A DNA stretch of 47,256 nt, from NCBI GenBank assembly GCA_018657475.1, contig JABHXC010000021.1, positions 1 through 47,256 on the forward strand, read 5' to 3'. The notes below the pieces were generated by a model that was not told the DNA's origin, did not search any database, and saw only the letters and a program-made list of their open reading frames with translations. Of this stretch, positions 18,931 to 25,904 are shown piece after piece. A program made the translations under genes and the position numbers. The first letter of the stretch is position 1, and every line of letters begins with the position of its first letter. Source of the DNA: Candidatus Woesearchaeota archaeon (GTDB taxonomy: Archaea > Nanobdellota > Nanobdellia > Woesearchaeales > GW2011-AR9).

Positions 18931-19347
18931 TTAATCTGATGCAAGCTTCCAGATTGTTTTTAATCCAACAATGATTGCGCCAGGAACAACGAAGACAACA
19001 ATGTTACTTAATGCCTGTCTTAACCAAGGACCAATTCCGGGAATTAAACCAAGATTAACAATTCCTGCTAACATTAAAGCAATTGCTGCAAGTAAGAAAG
19101 GCGTTGTTTCTTTCGCTGTTAAGTTGAATAATCCAACAATTAATCCTAAAACTACTAATGTTGTTACTAACACTTGTGGTCCAATGTAGGATCTAAAAAA
19201 TGCTGCAAGAATTGCAATAACTAATCCTATAAAGAATGTGTAATGGGCAATTTGGTGCAGTTCCATTGTTGCTTTTTGCTTAACTGCTCTTCGTCTTGCC
19301 GGTTTTTTTCTCGCTGAACGTGAACTCCTCTTTTTTCGTGCTGCCAT
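18931..19347 (-). CDS. membrane protein with Arg/Lys-rich N-terminal tail
   Basis: Track ORF with three or four TM helices after MAARKKRSSRSARKKPARRRAVKQK. An alternative start at MELHQIAHY is possible. Confidence 0.5.
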   Translation of the reverse strand: MAARKKRSSRSARKKPARRRAVKQKATMELHQIAHYTFFIGLVIAILAAFFRSYIGPQVLVTTLVVLGLIVGLFNLTAKETTPFLLAAIALMLAGIVNLGLIPGIGPWLRQALSNIVVFVVPGAIIVGLKTIWKLASD

Positions 19348-19396
19348 ATAACTATCACCTCTTGATGCAGTTTATAAACAGAACTTGCTATATAAA

Positions 19397-20602
19397 TTAT
19401 TCGGTAGCATGCTCTCTTTCTCTCAGTGGAAGTTCGTTTCTCATCCTCCCTGCCCATTCAGTTGAATATAGTTGTGGTGGAAATAATGCACACATTAAAT
19501 CTGTCATTTGCCTGGTTTTGTATCTATCATGGTGTGCATCTGAAGAAGTATCTTGTCTATAAGCAACATCACCTTCAAATGTAAGAATCATAACTTCCAC
19601 AGGTGTAGAAACCAATTGAAAGCTAGCAATTGGATTAGCTAAAGATCGTGGAGGGATCGTTGTTACATCATAAACAAATTTATCCATGCGTAAACCTTTA
19701 CCAGAACTTTTGTTTTGTACTGCCGCTTCACCCCAACCTACTCTCTTCAAATTTTCAAGTGGCCTGCCCCTATTTAATCTAGTGAAAATGTTTAGTAGTT
19801 TATCCGCATCTTCTTCTGTTGGAACAACAAATCGTGTACCAAGGTAATCTGAAACATTTCCTAATGATAAACCTCGGCATATTCTCTTACGCATTAAAGA
19901 GGAATAATTAACATCACCTGTTTCAGAGTCAATAAGCTTATGTCTAAAATCAAAAGGTCGTGTTTCACTAGAGTTATAGATTGATAATCCTTCTATACTA
20001 GTTGGCCTAACAAAAGAATAGTTTCCCATTTGTACTTCTTGTGGTTTTCCAATTCCTAGTTGTTTAATCATCCAATTTTTTACTTGCTCAAATTGTGATA
20101 CTGATAAAATAACTTTTGAGTTATGTTTGATCTCTAATATTTCTTCTCCTAACCCTAAAGCACGTAATAGTGTATTAGCTTCAATAAGATCATTTAGATC
20201 AGTGGTAGATTCAACTATTTCATATTTGTAATCAGTTTTAACTCCAGCAACTAAATTATATGCTTTTGTAACTAAATCTAAAAGTGAGGTATCTTCTGGG
20301 ATTTTATCAAAAGGTAATAACTCTCTTTCTTCAGGGAAATGTTCTTCAACTATATCAATAACGGTTTCTATACCAGTATTCATAGCCCTAACAACTCTCG
20401 CAGCTGCTTCTTTTTCATTCATACCATTACAATACTGTGCTTGATGTCCTTGAACAAAAATATCATCTTGGGTTTTAATTGCGTTCATAACAAATGAGTT
20501 ATCAAAAAATGTAAAATCTGGACTAAATAATGGGTAACGTTCCCAACTCCCTGGAAGATTCATTTTTTGAAAATCTGTTAATTCTTTTCCTATAACTCTC
20601 AT
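19397..20602 (-). CDS. protein with divergent RelA/SpoT-like (RSH synthetase-fold) nucleotidyltransferase domain at the C-terminus
   Basis: The C-terminal ~160 aa carry RSH-like blocks in the right order: SSLMRKRICRG (Syn1-like), VSDYLGTRFVVPTEEDADKLL (DxxGxR), VEVMILTFEG (ExQxRT-like) and AHHDRYKTRQ (HxxYK). The N-terminal ~230 aa are unrecognised. Confidence 0.45.
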   Translation of the reverse strand: MRVIGKELTDFQKMNLPGSWERYPLFSPDFTFFDNSFVMNAIKTQDDIFVQGHQAQYCNGMNEKEAAARVVRAMNTGIETVIDIVEEHFPEERELLPFDKIPEDTSLLDLVTKAYNLVAGVKTDYKYEIVESTTDLNDLIEANTLLRALGLGEEILEIKHNSKVILSVSQFEQVKNWMIKQLGIGKPQEVQMGNYSFVRPTSIEGLSIYNSSETRPFDFRHKLIDSETGDVNYSSLMRKRICRGLSLGNVSDYLGTRFVVPTEEDADKLLNIFTRLNRGRPLENLKRVGWGEAAVQNKSSGKGLRMDKFVYDVTTIPPRSLANPIASFQLVSTPVEVMILTFEGDVAYRQDTSSDAHHDRYKTRQMTDLMCALFPPQLYSTEWAGRMRNELPLREREHATE

Positions 20603-20658
20603 ATTTTATTCAACAAATAATCAGATATATAAACGTTACTCCTATTTAGTTAATAACT

Positions 20659-20946
20659 TTGATCCACTGGACTACTGGTCAAGTTTGGGTAGCAACTATA
20701 GACTCCCTTATCATTTTAAAAAGATACGCAAAAAGATTCATAATATTTGAAATAGAAATTTATGGAAAAAAGAATCTTGAATTGTGGATGAATCATATTG
20801 GTTTTTCCAGTTATAACACTCTAACTAGATACTTTGTATGGAGAGAAACGGGAATTCTTCCTAAAAATACCGATATTAATGATAGGATAAAGATACTAAA
20901 AGAGAGGGGAATAAAATTCCCCCCTAACGTCCCCGAAGGGATTTGA
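20659..20946 (+). pseudogene. C-terminal half-domain remnant of a LAGLIDADG homing-endonuclease gene
   Basis: No ATG (TTG at 20659). The block IEIYGKKNLELWMNHIGFSSYNTLTRYF matches the C-terminal ...HIGF/HVGF block of the ORFs at 12513 and 39049. The degenerate TTGQ lies where TDGS is expected. The last 19 nt run into tRNA-Asn. Confidence 0.4.
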
Positions 20947-21001
20947 ACCCTTGACCTGATGGTTAACAGCCATCCGCTCTTCCGGACTAAGCCACGGGGA
21001 C
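20928..21001 (-). tRNA. tRNA-Asn (GTT)
   Basis: Hand-folded 74-nt cloverleaf. Acceptor GTCCCCG/CGGGGAC, D arm GCTT-AGTCCGGAA-GAGC, anticodon stem GATGG/CCATC with loop CTGTTAA, variable loop AGGTC, T arm AAGGG-TTCAAAT-CCCTT. No encoded CCA. Confidence 0.85.
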
Positions 21002-21055
21002 GTGATCACTTAAATTAACAATTCTTTTATAAACATTTCTCGGTCCAAATAAATA

Positions 21056-21751
21056 ATGCAAATAAGTAAAGACATCGAACCAATCCAATGTGCACTTTAT
21101 TGGACAACAGAAAAGATCTTAATAATTAACGATTTACATATTGGCTATGAAGAAGCTTTACAAAAAAGAGGTTTTCTTGTACCAAAATTTCAAACTCAAG
21201 AAATAATTAAGAAAGCACAATCTATTCTAAAGGAAGTCAAACCAAAAATCATAATTCTTAATGGTGATATCAAACATACATTCGGCAAGATTTTACAACA
21301 AGAGTGGAAAGATATCCGTAAACTTCTTACTTATCTGCAACAACATGGTAAAGTTATAATCATTAAAGGTAACCATGATCCAATCATTCAACCGATTGTA
21401 AAAGACATGGATATTGCAATAGTCAAAGAATACAAAGTCAAAGATACACTAATTATTCATGGAGATAAACTGGTCAAAACTAATGCAAAACGTTTAATTA
21501 TCGGTCATGAACATCCAGCTATTACTGTAAGAGAAAATAGTAAATATGAAAAGTACAAATGTTACCTTAAGGGTAAATGGCAAAGAAAAGAACTCATTGT
21601 TATGCCAAGTTTTAATCCACTAATTGAAGGTACAGATATTCTTAAAGAACAAGTTTTAAGTCCATTTCTTAAAAATTTAAAAAACTTTGAAGTCTTTATT
21701 CTAAGTAAAAAAGAAGTGTTTGAGTTTGGTAAAGTAAAAAATTTAAACTAA
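21056..21751 (+). CDS. metallophosphoesterase (SbcD/Mre11-related small archaeal type)
   Basis: Calcineurin-like motif series: INDLHIG, LNGDIKH, GNHD, IHGDK, GHEHP. TATA-like CTTTTATAAAC lies about 30 nt upstream. Confidence 0.8.
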   Translation: MQISKDIEPIQCALYWTTEKILIINDLHIGYEEALQKRGFLVPKFQTQEIIKKAQSILKEVKPKIIILNGDIKHTFGKILQQEWKDIRKLLTYLQQHGKVIIIKGNHDPIIQPIVKDMDIAIVKEYKVKDTLIIHGDKLVKTNAKRLIIGHEHPAITVRENSKYEKYKCYLKGKWQRKELIVMPSFNPLIEGTDILKEQVLSPFLKNLKNFEVFILSKKEVFEFGKVKNLN

Positions 21752-21987
21752 CCATTTCTAGCTTTCTTGTTATATTTATCACGTTGTTTTTTATGATATT
21801 CACATAAAACTATTCCTTTAATGGCTTGTCTATCACACCTTACACAAATTCCTTTTTTTCTTTTATTATCATATTTTGATTTGCGTTCTTTTAACACTTT
21901 TTTTTGATTAGAATAATAATGTTTCAAAAACCTGTTGGGGTAAATTTTCTTTTTTCTTCTAAACAGTTTTTTTAACATGGTTGACAT
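21748..21987 (-). CDS. small basic Zn-finger protein
   Basis: Track ORF, Lys/Arg-rich, with CVRCDRQAIKGIVLCEYH. It overlaps the upstream glycosylase gene by 16 nt. Confidence 0.45.
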   Translation of the reverse strand: MSTMLKKLFRRKKKIYPNRFLKHYYSNQKKVLKERKSKYDNKRKKGICVRCDRQAIKGIVLCEYHKKQRDKYNKKARNG

Positions 21988-22763
21988 TTTGGGCAGTAAT
22001 ATGTGCCTCTCCCACTAATTTTAACTTTTTCAGTTTTATGCCCTTTTGGACAATTATCTCTACCATAAACTGAAAGAAAGTTTTGAAAATTACCTTTACC
22101 AGCAATATGTGTATAATTATCTACAGTTGTTCCATTATTTTTTATGGCTTCTCTAAGAATACTTTTCATTTCCCTATGCAACAATTTTAACTGTCCATCG
22201 TTAACTTCATTAACTTTTTTTTCTGGATGAATTCCTGAAGCATACATCGCTTCTTGTGCATAAATGTTTCCAACTCCTACCATAAATTGTTGATCTAATA
22301 ACTTACTTTTAATTGAAGCGTTAGGAAATTGTTTTAACATATTACTGAATGTAGTAGGGGTAACTTCTAAAGGTTCAGGTCCAAGAGAATTAAGTTTGTT
22401 TTCTAACTGTTTTTTAGTAAAAATATTCATGCCACCAAATCTTCTAATTGAATTGTGGGTTAAAAAACTTCCATCTGTAAATCTAAATATTCCTGCAAGA
22501 TATTTTAAATAATTTTTATCATTTGGGCTATAATGAAAATGACCGGTCATACGTAAATGTGTTAAAATTTGTTTACCATTACTCAAAGAAAAAATAATAC
22601 TTTTTCCTCTACGTTTTACCTCAGAAATTTTAACTTTATTTACTTTTACCAGGGCCGGATCAATAACTTTCTCGTCAAGAACAGTTATTCTTGAAATAGT
22701 CTTACCAACAACACAACGTCGTAGCTGACGCACCACCGTTTCCACCTCTGGTAATTCTGGCAT
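21972..22763 (-). CDS. Fpg/Nei-family DNA glycosylase/AP lyase
   Basis: N-terminus MPELPEVETV (catalytic Pro2/Glu3), H2TH region, C-terminal zinc finger CPKGHKTEKVKISGRGTYYCPKCQ. Confidence 0.9.
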   Translation of the reverse strand: MPELPEVETVVRQLRRCVVGKTISRITVLDEKVIDPALVKVNKVKISEVKRRGKSIIFSLSNGKQILTHLRMTGHFHYSPNDKNYLKYLAGIFRFTDGSFLTHNSIRRFGGMNIFTKKQLENKLNSLGPEPLEVTPTTFSNMLKQFPNASIKSKLLDQQFMVGVGNIYAQEAMYASGIHPEKKVNEVNDGQLKLLHREMKSILREAIKNNGTTVDNYTHIAGKGNFQNFLSVYGRDNCPKGHKTEKVKISGRGTYYCPKCQPC

Positions 22764-22803
22764 ACGTTTAATGTTTTGCCAAACATATATAAACTTTTAG
22801 CAG

Positions 22804-23301
22804 ATGATTCTTGTAATGAGTCAGGGTGCAGATTACATATTAAAAACATATCGACGAACCAGAAAAGCTTTCATAATAGAATACACTTGTGCAGCAATTC
22901 TAATTTTACTTGTTTTAGCATTCATAATTTCTGGAACAGTTTTACCAAATTTTATCTATTGGGTCGTAGTTATCATAGTCATTTTAATTCTTAGTTGGAC
23001 TGAGTTATCTAGAGCATTTGTTAGGTACAACATCACCCCAGGAAAATTAGTGATCATTAATGGAATAATTCAACAAAAGAAAAAGAATGTATATTTTCAT
23101 CCGTTGGCTTATGTTCCAGATATTAACTTACATCAATCAAGGTTACAAAGGATATTAAATTATGGGTCCATTTTTGTTTCTGGTGACCAATCAGAAACTT
23201 TCCAAGTTAAAGATGTTGATTCCCCTAAAAAAGTGTTAGAATTTATAGAAGAAATGATTGAAAAGAATAAACCAAATCATGGTGCACCTCCTCAACAGTA
23301 A
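22804..23301 (+). CDS. membrane protein with bacterial PH (bPH_2/YdbS-like) domain
   Basis: Two TM helices followed by YNITPGKLVIINGIIQQKKKNVYFHPLAYVPDINLHQSRLQRILNYGSIFV, typical of DUF304/bPH_2. Confidence 0.65.
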   Translation: MILVMSQGADYILKTYRRTRKAFIIEYTCAAILILLVLAFIISGTVLPNFIYWVVVIIVILILSWTELSRAFVRYNITPGKLVIINGIIQQKKKNVYFHPLAYVPDINLHQSRLQRILNYGSIFVSGDQSETFQVKDVDSPKKVLEFIEEMIEKNKPNHGAPPQQ

Positions 23302-23375
23302 AGCTAGAGAACCAAAAAGTTTATTAACACTTTTCAACTTGTTTATTAATTACAAAAAGAGGAAATTAAAGAAAG

Positions 23376-24128
23376 ATGCATCCAGCTCCACATCATTCAC
23401 ACCATTTAAGATTCTATATAGTTATGGTTACTGTTGTTGTGGGGGTAATTTTAGTTTTATTATTCTTAAACAATGATGGAAATCCATTAAGTATTACTAA
23501 TGCAGTAATTGGCGGAAACAATAATGAAACTATTGTTGAAGAAACAGGTATTACTGGAGCAGTAACTACTTCTACAAAACGTAGTGGGAGTAAAACTGTT
23601 GAGTTTACATTAACTACTGACCAAATTCCAGAAGTCGAGAAAGAAGTAACATTATCTTCTATAATGGTAGATTTTACTGATGCATCTACAATCATAAGTG
23701 TTGGTGGTGATCGTTTAGAAACGTTAAATAATCTTGATGGTGTCAAATTGGTTATTGAAGAGTTTGAAGGTGACTTTTTAGTTGACGATACGAGATTATC
23801 TTTAGATGGTGAAGCTAAACGAATAGAAGTAAGTGGTATAGCTTTATCTCCATCTTCTTCTAAAGACCTCAAAATTTCATTTAAAGATCTAGACTATGAT
23901 CATGTAACTGTTGAAGATATCGAGTTAAGTTCCATTACATTTCCTGCAGGCGATGGCGAATTAACCGCGGAAAGATTGTCTTATTCTTTAGATAGAGATG
24001 AAGCAATAATTCAAGGAATAGTTGGAAATTTAGAAATTGATAGAACTACAACAGAATCAACAAAATTTATTGGAACAGCTAACAAATTAACTATTGATGG
24101 CGATTCATTTGATCTTTCTTTAGAGTAA
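23376..24128 (+). CDS. N-terminally anchored extracellular protein, acidic
   Basis: Track ORF with a His-rich N-terminus, one TM helix, and an acidic Thr/Ser-rich beta-type sequence. Confidence 0.5.
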   Translation: MHPAPHHSHHLRFYIVMVTVVVGVILVLLFLNNDGNPLSITNAVIGGNNNETIVEETGITGAVTTSTKRSGSKTVEFTLTTDQIPEVEKEVTLSSIMVDFTDASTIISVGGDRLETLNNLDGVKLVIEEFEGDFLVDDTRLSLDGEAKRIEVSGIALSPSSSKDLKISFKDLDYDHVTVEDIELSSITFPAGDGELTAERLSYSLDRDEAIIQGIVGNLEIDRTTTESTKFIGTANKLTIDGDSFDLSLE

Positions 24129-24293
24129 ACCTTTTTCTTTCAAAAAATCTTTTTTAGCTTCTCTTCGATATTTTCCAAGTTTATCAATTGGAGAATATTT
24201 TGGTGGGCGGGGTAATATAGTTAATTTTTGACAATGATTTTGTTTTAAAGTATATTGTTTACAAACCGCGCACTGTTTTAATACAGCGGCCAT
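24120..24293 (-). CDS. nop10: H/ACA RNP protein Nop10
   Basis: Not in the ORF track; hand-translated as MAAVLKQCAVCKQYTLKQNHCQKLTILPRPPKYSPIDKLGKYRREAKKDFLKEKGLL*. The CxxC..YTL..C and PP(K/R)(Y/F)SP.D..(G)KYRR pattern is diagnostic. It lies directly downstream of aIF2-alpha, as in many archaea. Confidence 0.8.
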   Translation of the reverse strand: MAAVLKQCAVCKQYTLKQNHCQKLTILPRPPKYSPIDKLGKYRREAKKDFLKEKGLL

Positions 24294-25073
24294 TTATTCA
24301 GATTTCTCCCTGTCAAATGTTGCTGTTGCTAGTTTATCAGTAAATTTTTCAAGAATTTTTAATGTCAATTTCAAATGTTTTTCAGCAGGTTTATAATCCT
24401 CATCCACAATAATCATCTTGAACCTGCCAGCACCTAGATAAAACAAAGTAATTGTGTCAGAAATTTTTTTAATTTCAGATAATGCTAATTTAATATCACC
24501 AACTCCATCTGTTGCATAGGTTTTGAAAGTAATTTCTCCCTGAATTTTAATTTTTTGTGGTTTAAATTTATCTTTAATTGATGAAGTTAATTCTTCAGCT
24601 AATTGCTTTGGTACTCCTAACTTTTCAAGATCAGTTTCATCTGTTGCTACTTCTTGAAAACAAAGGTACAAATGAGAATATTCATTAAAGATACTTTGTT
24701 TAAGTTGTTTATAGATCTCTAAAACTGGTTTGTTTAATCTTTTTGCTACTGCTTTGATTAAACTTTCAGCTTTTAGTTCTTGTTTAATTTCATCTAGTTT
24801 TTCTCTTCGCTGATGTGAATTTACACGTCTTAATGATAAATCAATGTGACCTCTATCCCGATGAATCCGTAGAACTTTACATACTACTTGTCTTCCCACA
24901 CTTACGTGATCTCTTAGATTTCTAATTCTTCCTGGAGCAATTTCAGAAATATGAATCATTCCAGAATCATTATATTCTAACATTTCTACAAAAACAGAGT
25001 TTGGGAGAATTCGAGTTACTTTACATAACAAGATCTCATCTTCTTCGGGTAATCCTTCAATTTTATAGAGCAT
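24294..25073 (-). CDS. eif2a: translation initiation factor aIF2 alpha subunit
   Basis: S1 domain (EILLCKVTRILPNSVFVEMLEYNDSGMIHISEIAPGRIRNLRDHVSVGRQVVCKVLRI..IDLSLRRV) plus a helical and an alpha-beta domain; 259 aa. Confidence 0.9.
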   Translation of the reverse strand: MLYKIEGLPEEDEILLCKVTRILPNSVFVEMLEYNDSGMIHISEIAPGRIRNLRDHVSVGRQVVCKVLRIHRDRGHIDLSLRRVNSHQRREKLDEIKQELKAESLIKAVAKRLNKPVLEIYKQLKQSIFNEYSHLYLCFQEVATDETDLEKLGVPKQLAEELTSSIKDKFKPQKIKIQGEITFKTYATDGVGDIKLALSEIKKISDTITLFYLGAGRFKMIIVDEDYKPAEKHLKLTLKILEKFTDKLATATFDREKSE

Positions 25074-25111
25074 GGTTGAATCAGTGCTGTAAGCTCTTTA
25101 TAAAATTTCGC

Positions 25112-25285
25112 TTATTCTAGAACTTCTAATACCCTTGCAGAAATTTTTGCTTTGCCACCAGTTGGCTGTGCTAATACTTCATCACAGACTAAACAGTGAA
25201 CTTCTTTACTTGCGGTATCAAAAACAATTTGTTCATTTTTACACTTAGCGCAACGAACTTTGATAAATTTGGTTGTTGGTTCCAT
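25112..25285 (-). CDS. rps27e: ribosomal protein S27e (eS27)
   Basis: Not in the ORF track; hand-translated as MEPTTKFIKVRCAKCKNEQIVFDTASKEVHCLVCDEVLAQPTGGKAKISARVLEVLE*. It has a C4 zinc ribbon and a GGAGG about 8 nt upstream. Confidence 0.85.
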   Translation of the reverse strand: MEPTTKFIKVRCAKCKNEQIVFDTASKEVHCLVCDEVLAQPTGGKAKISARVLEVLE

Positions 25286-25310
25286 CAAAAAACCCTCCTA
25301 GTGTTTTTTG

Positions 25311-25342
25311 GGGTCCCAAAAAAACATTTTTTTTTGAGGACC
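25311..25342 (-). other. intercistronic imperfect palindrome between the L44e and S27e genes
   Basis: GGGTCCCAAAAAAACATTTTTTTTTGAGGACC. The GGTCC/GGACC ends plus the A-run/T-run can form a long hairpin in the operon transcript. Confidence 0.3.
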
Positions 25343-25345
25343 ATC

Positions 25346-25654
25346 TTAAACTAACTCCACCCTCTTTGCTCTAATACCTGAAGATTGAGCTGAGGATTTT
25401 TTACAAGTGCTACACATGTAACGTAAATCTGTTTTTTTACTACTTTTTGCTCCGGTTCTTTTCCATTTACCAATGGCAGGTTTAGAATACTTTCCATAAC
25501 CACCAACTCCGCGTGCAAGACCTCTTTTTCTAGCTCGATATTTTGAACCAACTCTTAATGAACTTGCAGTTTTTTTCTTGTTTTGAGTTACTTTTTGTGT
25601 TGTGTGAGTTTTACACTTTTTGCACAATCGCTTCATGGTTTTAGGAATTTTCAT
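25346..25654 (-). CDS. rpl44e: ribosomal protein L44e (eL42)
   Basis: MKIPKTMKRLCKKCKTHTTQKVTQ...GGYGKYSKP...YMCSTCKKS: four-Cys zinc motif and a basic composition typical of L44e. Confidence 0.9.
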   Translation of the reverse strand: MKIPKTMKRLCKKCKTHTTQKVTQNKKKTASSLRVGSKYRARKRGLARGVGGYGKYSKPAIGKWKRTGAKSSKKTDLRYMCSTCKKSSAQSSGIRAKRVELV

Positions 25655-25674
25655 ATTCTAGCTTTGGAGAATGA

Positions 25675-25688
25675 GTTATTTATAAATG
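25675..25688 (-). promoter_or_regulatory. TATA-box promoter of the L44e-S27e-aIF2alpha-Nop10 operon
   Basis: The minus strand reads CATTTATAAATAAC about 25-33 nt upstream of the L44e ATG, so the transcript is leaderless or has a short leader. Confidence 0.5.
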
Positions 25689-25717
25689 TTTGGCAAATAC
25701 AAAGACAGTATACAAAA

Positions 25718-25728
25718 CTTAATAAAAG
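25718..25728 (+). promoter_or_regulatory. TATA-like box for tRNA-Trp
   Basis: CTTAATAAAAG is centred about 29 nt upstream of the tRNA 5' end at 25752. Confidence 0.4.
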
Positions 25729-25751
25729 AGCTTCTTTTTTCCTAGACCAGT

Positions 25752-25904
25752 GGGGACGTAGTATAAATCACTTACTTTAACTGGTAAGATGAGTACATCC
25801 TGGTCAGAATAGGGGCCTCCAGTAATGGAGATTTGAGCTTTATGCAATGACAAATTTTCCCTTGAAGCAAGCCTTAGATCCGAGTTCGAATCTCGGCGTC
25901 CCCA
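25752..25904 (+). tRNA. tRNA-Trp (CCA), 153 nt, with a 47-nt anticodon-loop intron and a ~35-nt insertion in the D arm
   Basis: Perfect acceptor GGGGACG/CGTCCCC with discriminator A, and perfect T arm CCGAG-TTCGAAT-CTCGG. Anticodon stem GGGGC (25812-16)/GCCTT (25871-75) with CTCCAG...A implies a canonical 37/38 intron at 25823-25869. Removing 25763-25797 would give a GTTC/GAAT D stem. The splice boundaries were not verified. Confidence 0.6.

Noticed and set aside
25745-25754. Third copy of the 27-bp repeat in front of tRNA-Trp (GACCAGTGGG), as a possible att-like site
   Set aside because: Only a 10-mer is shared, which is within chance expectation. It is mentioned in the repeat finding but not called as a feature.
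25823-25869. Box C/D guide RNA inside the tRNA-Trp intron, as known for some euryarchaeal tRNA-Trp introns
   Set aside because: Only weak C/D-like strings are present (ATGGAGA, TTGA, CAATGA, CTTGA). Their spacing is far too short for 10-12-nt guides, and the intron is only 47 nt.
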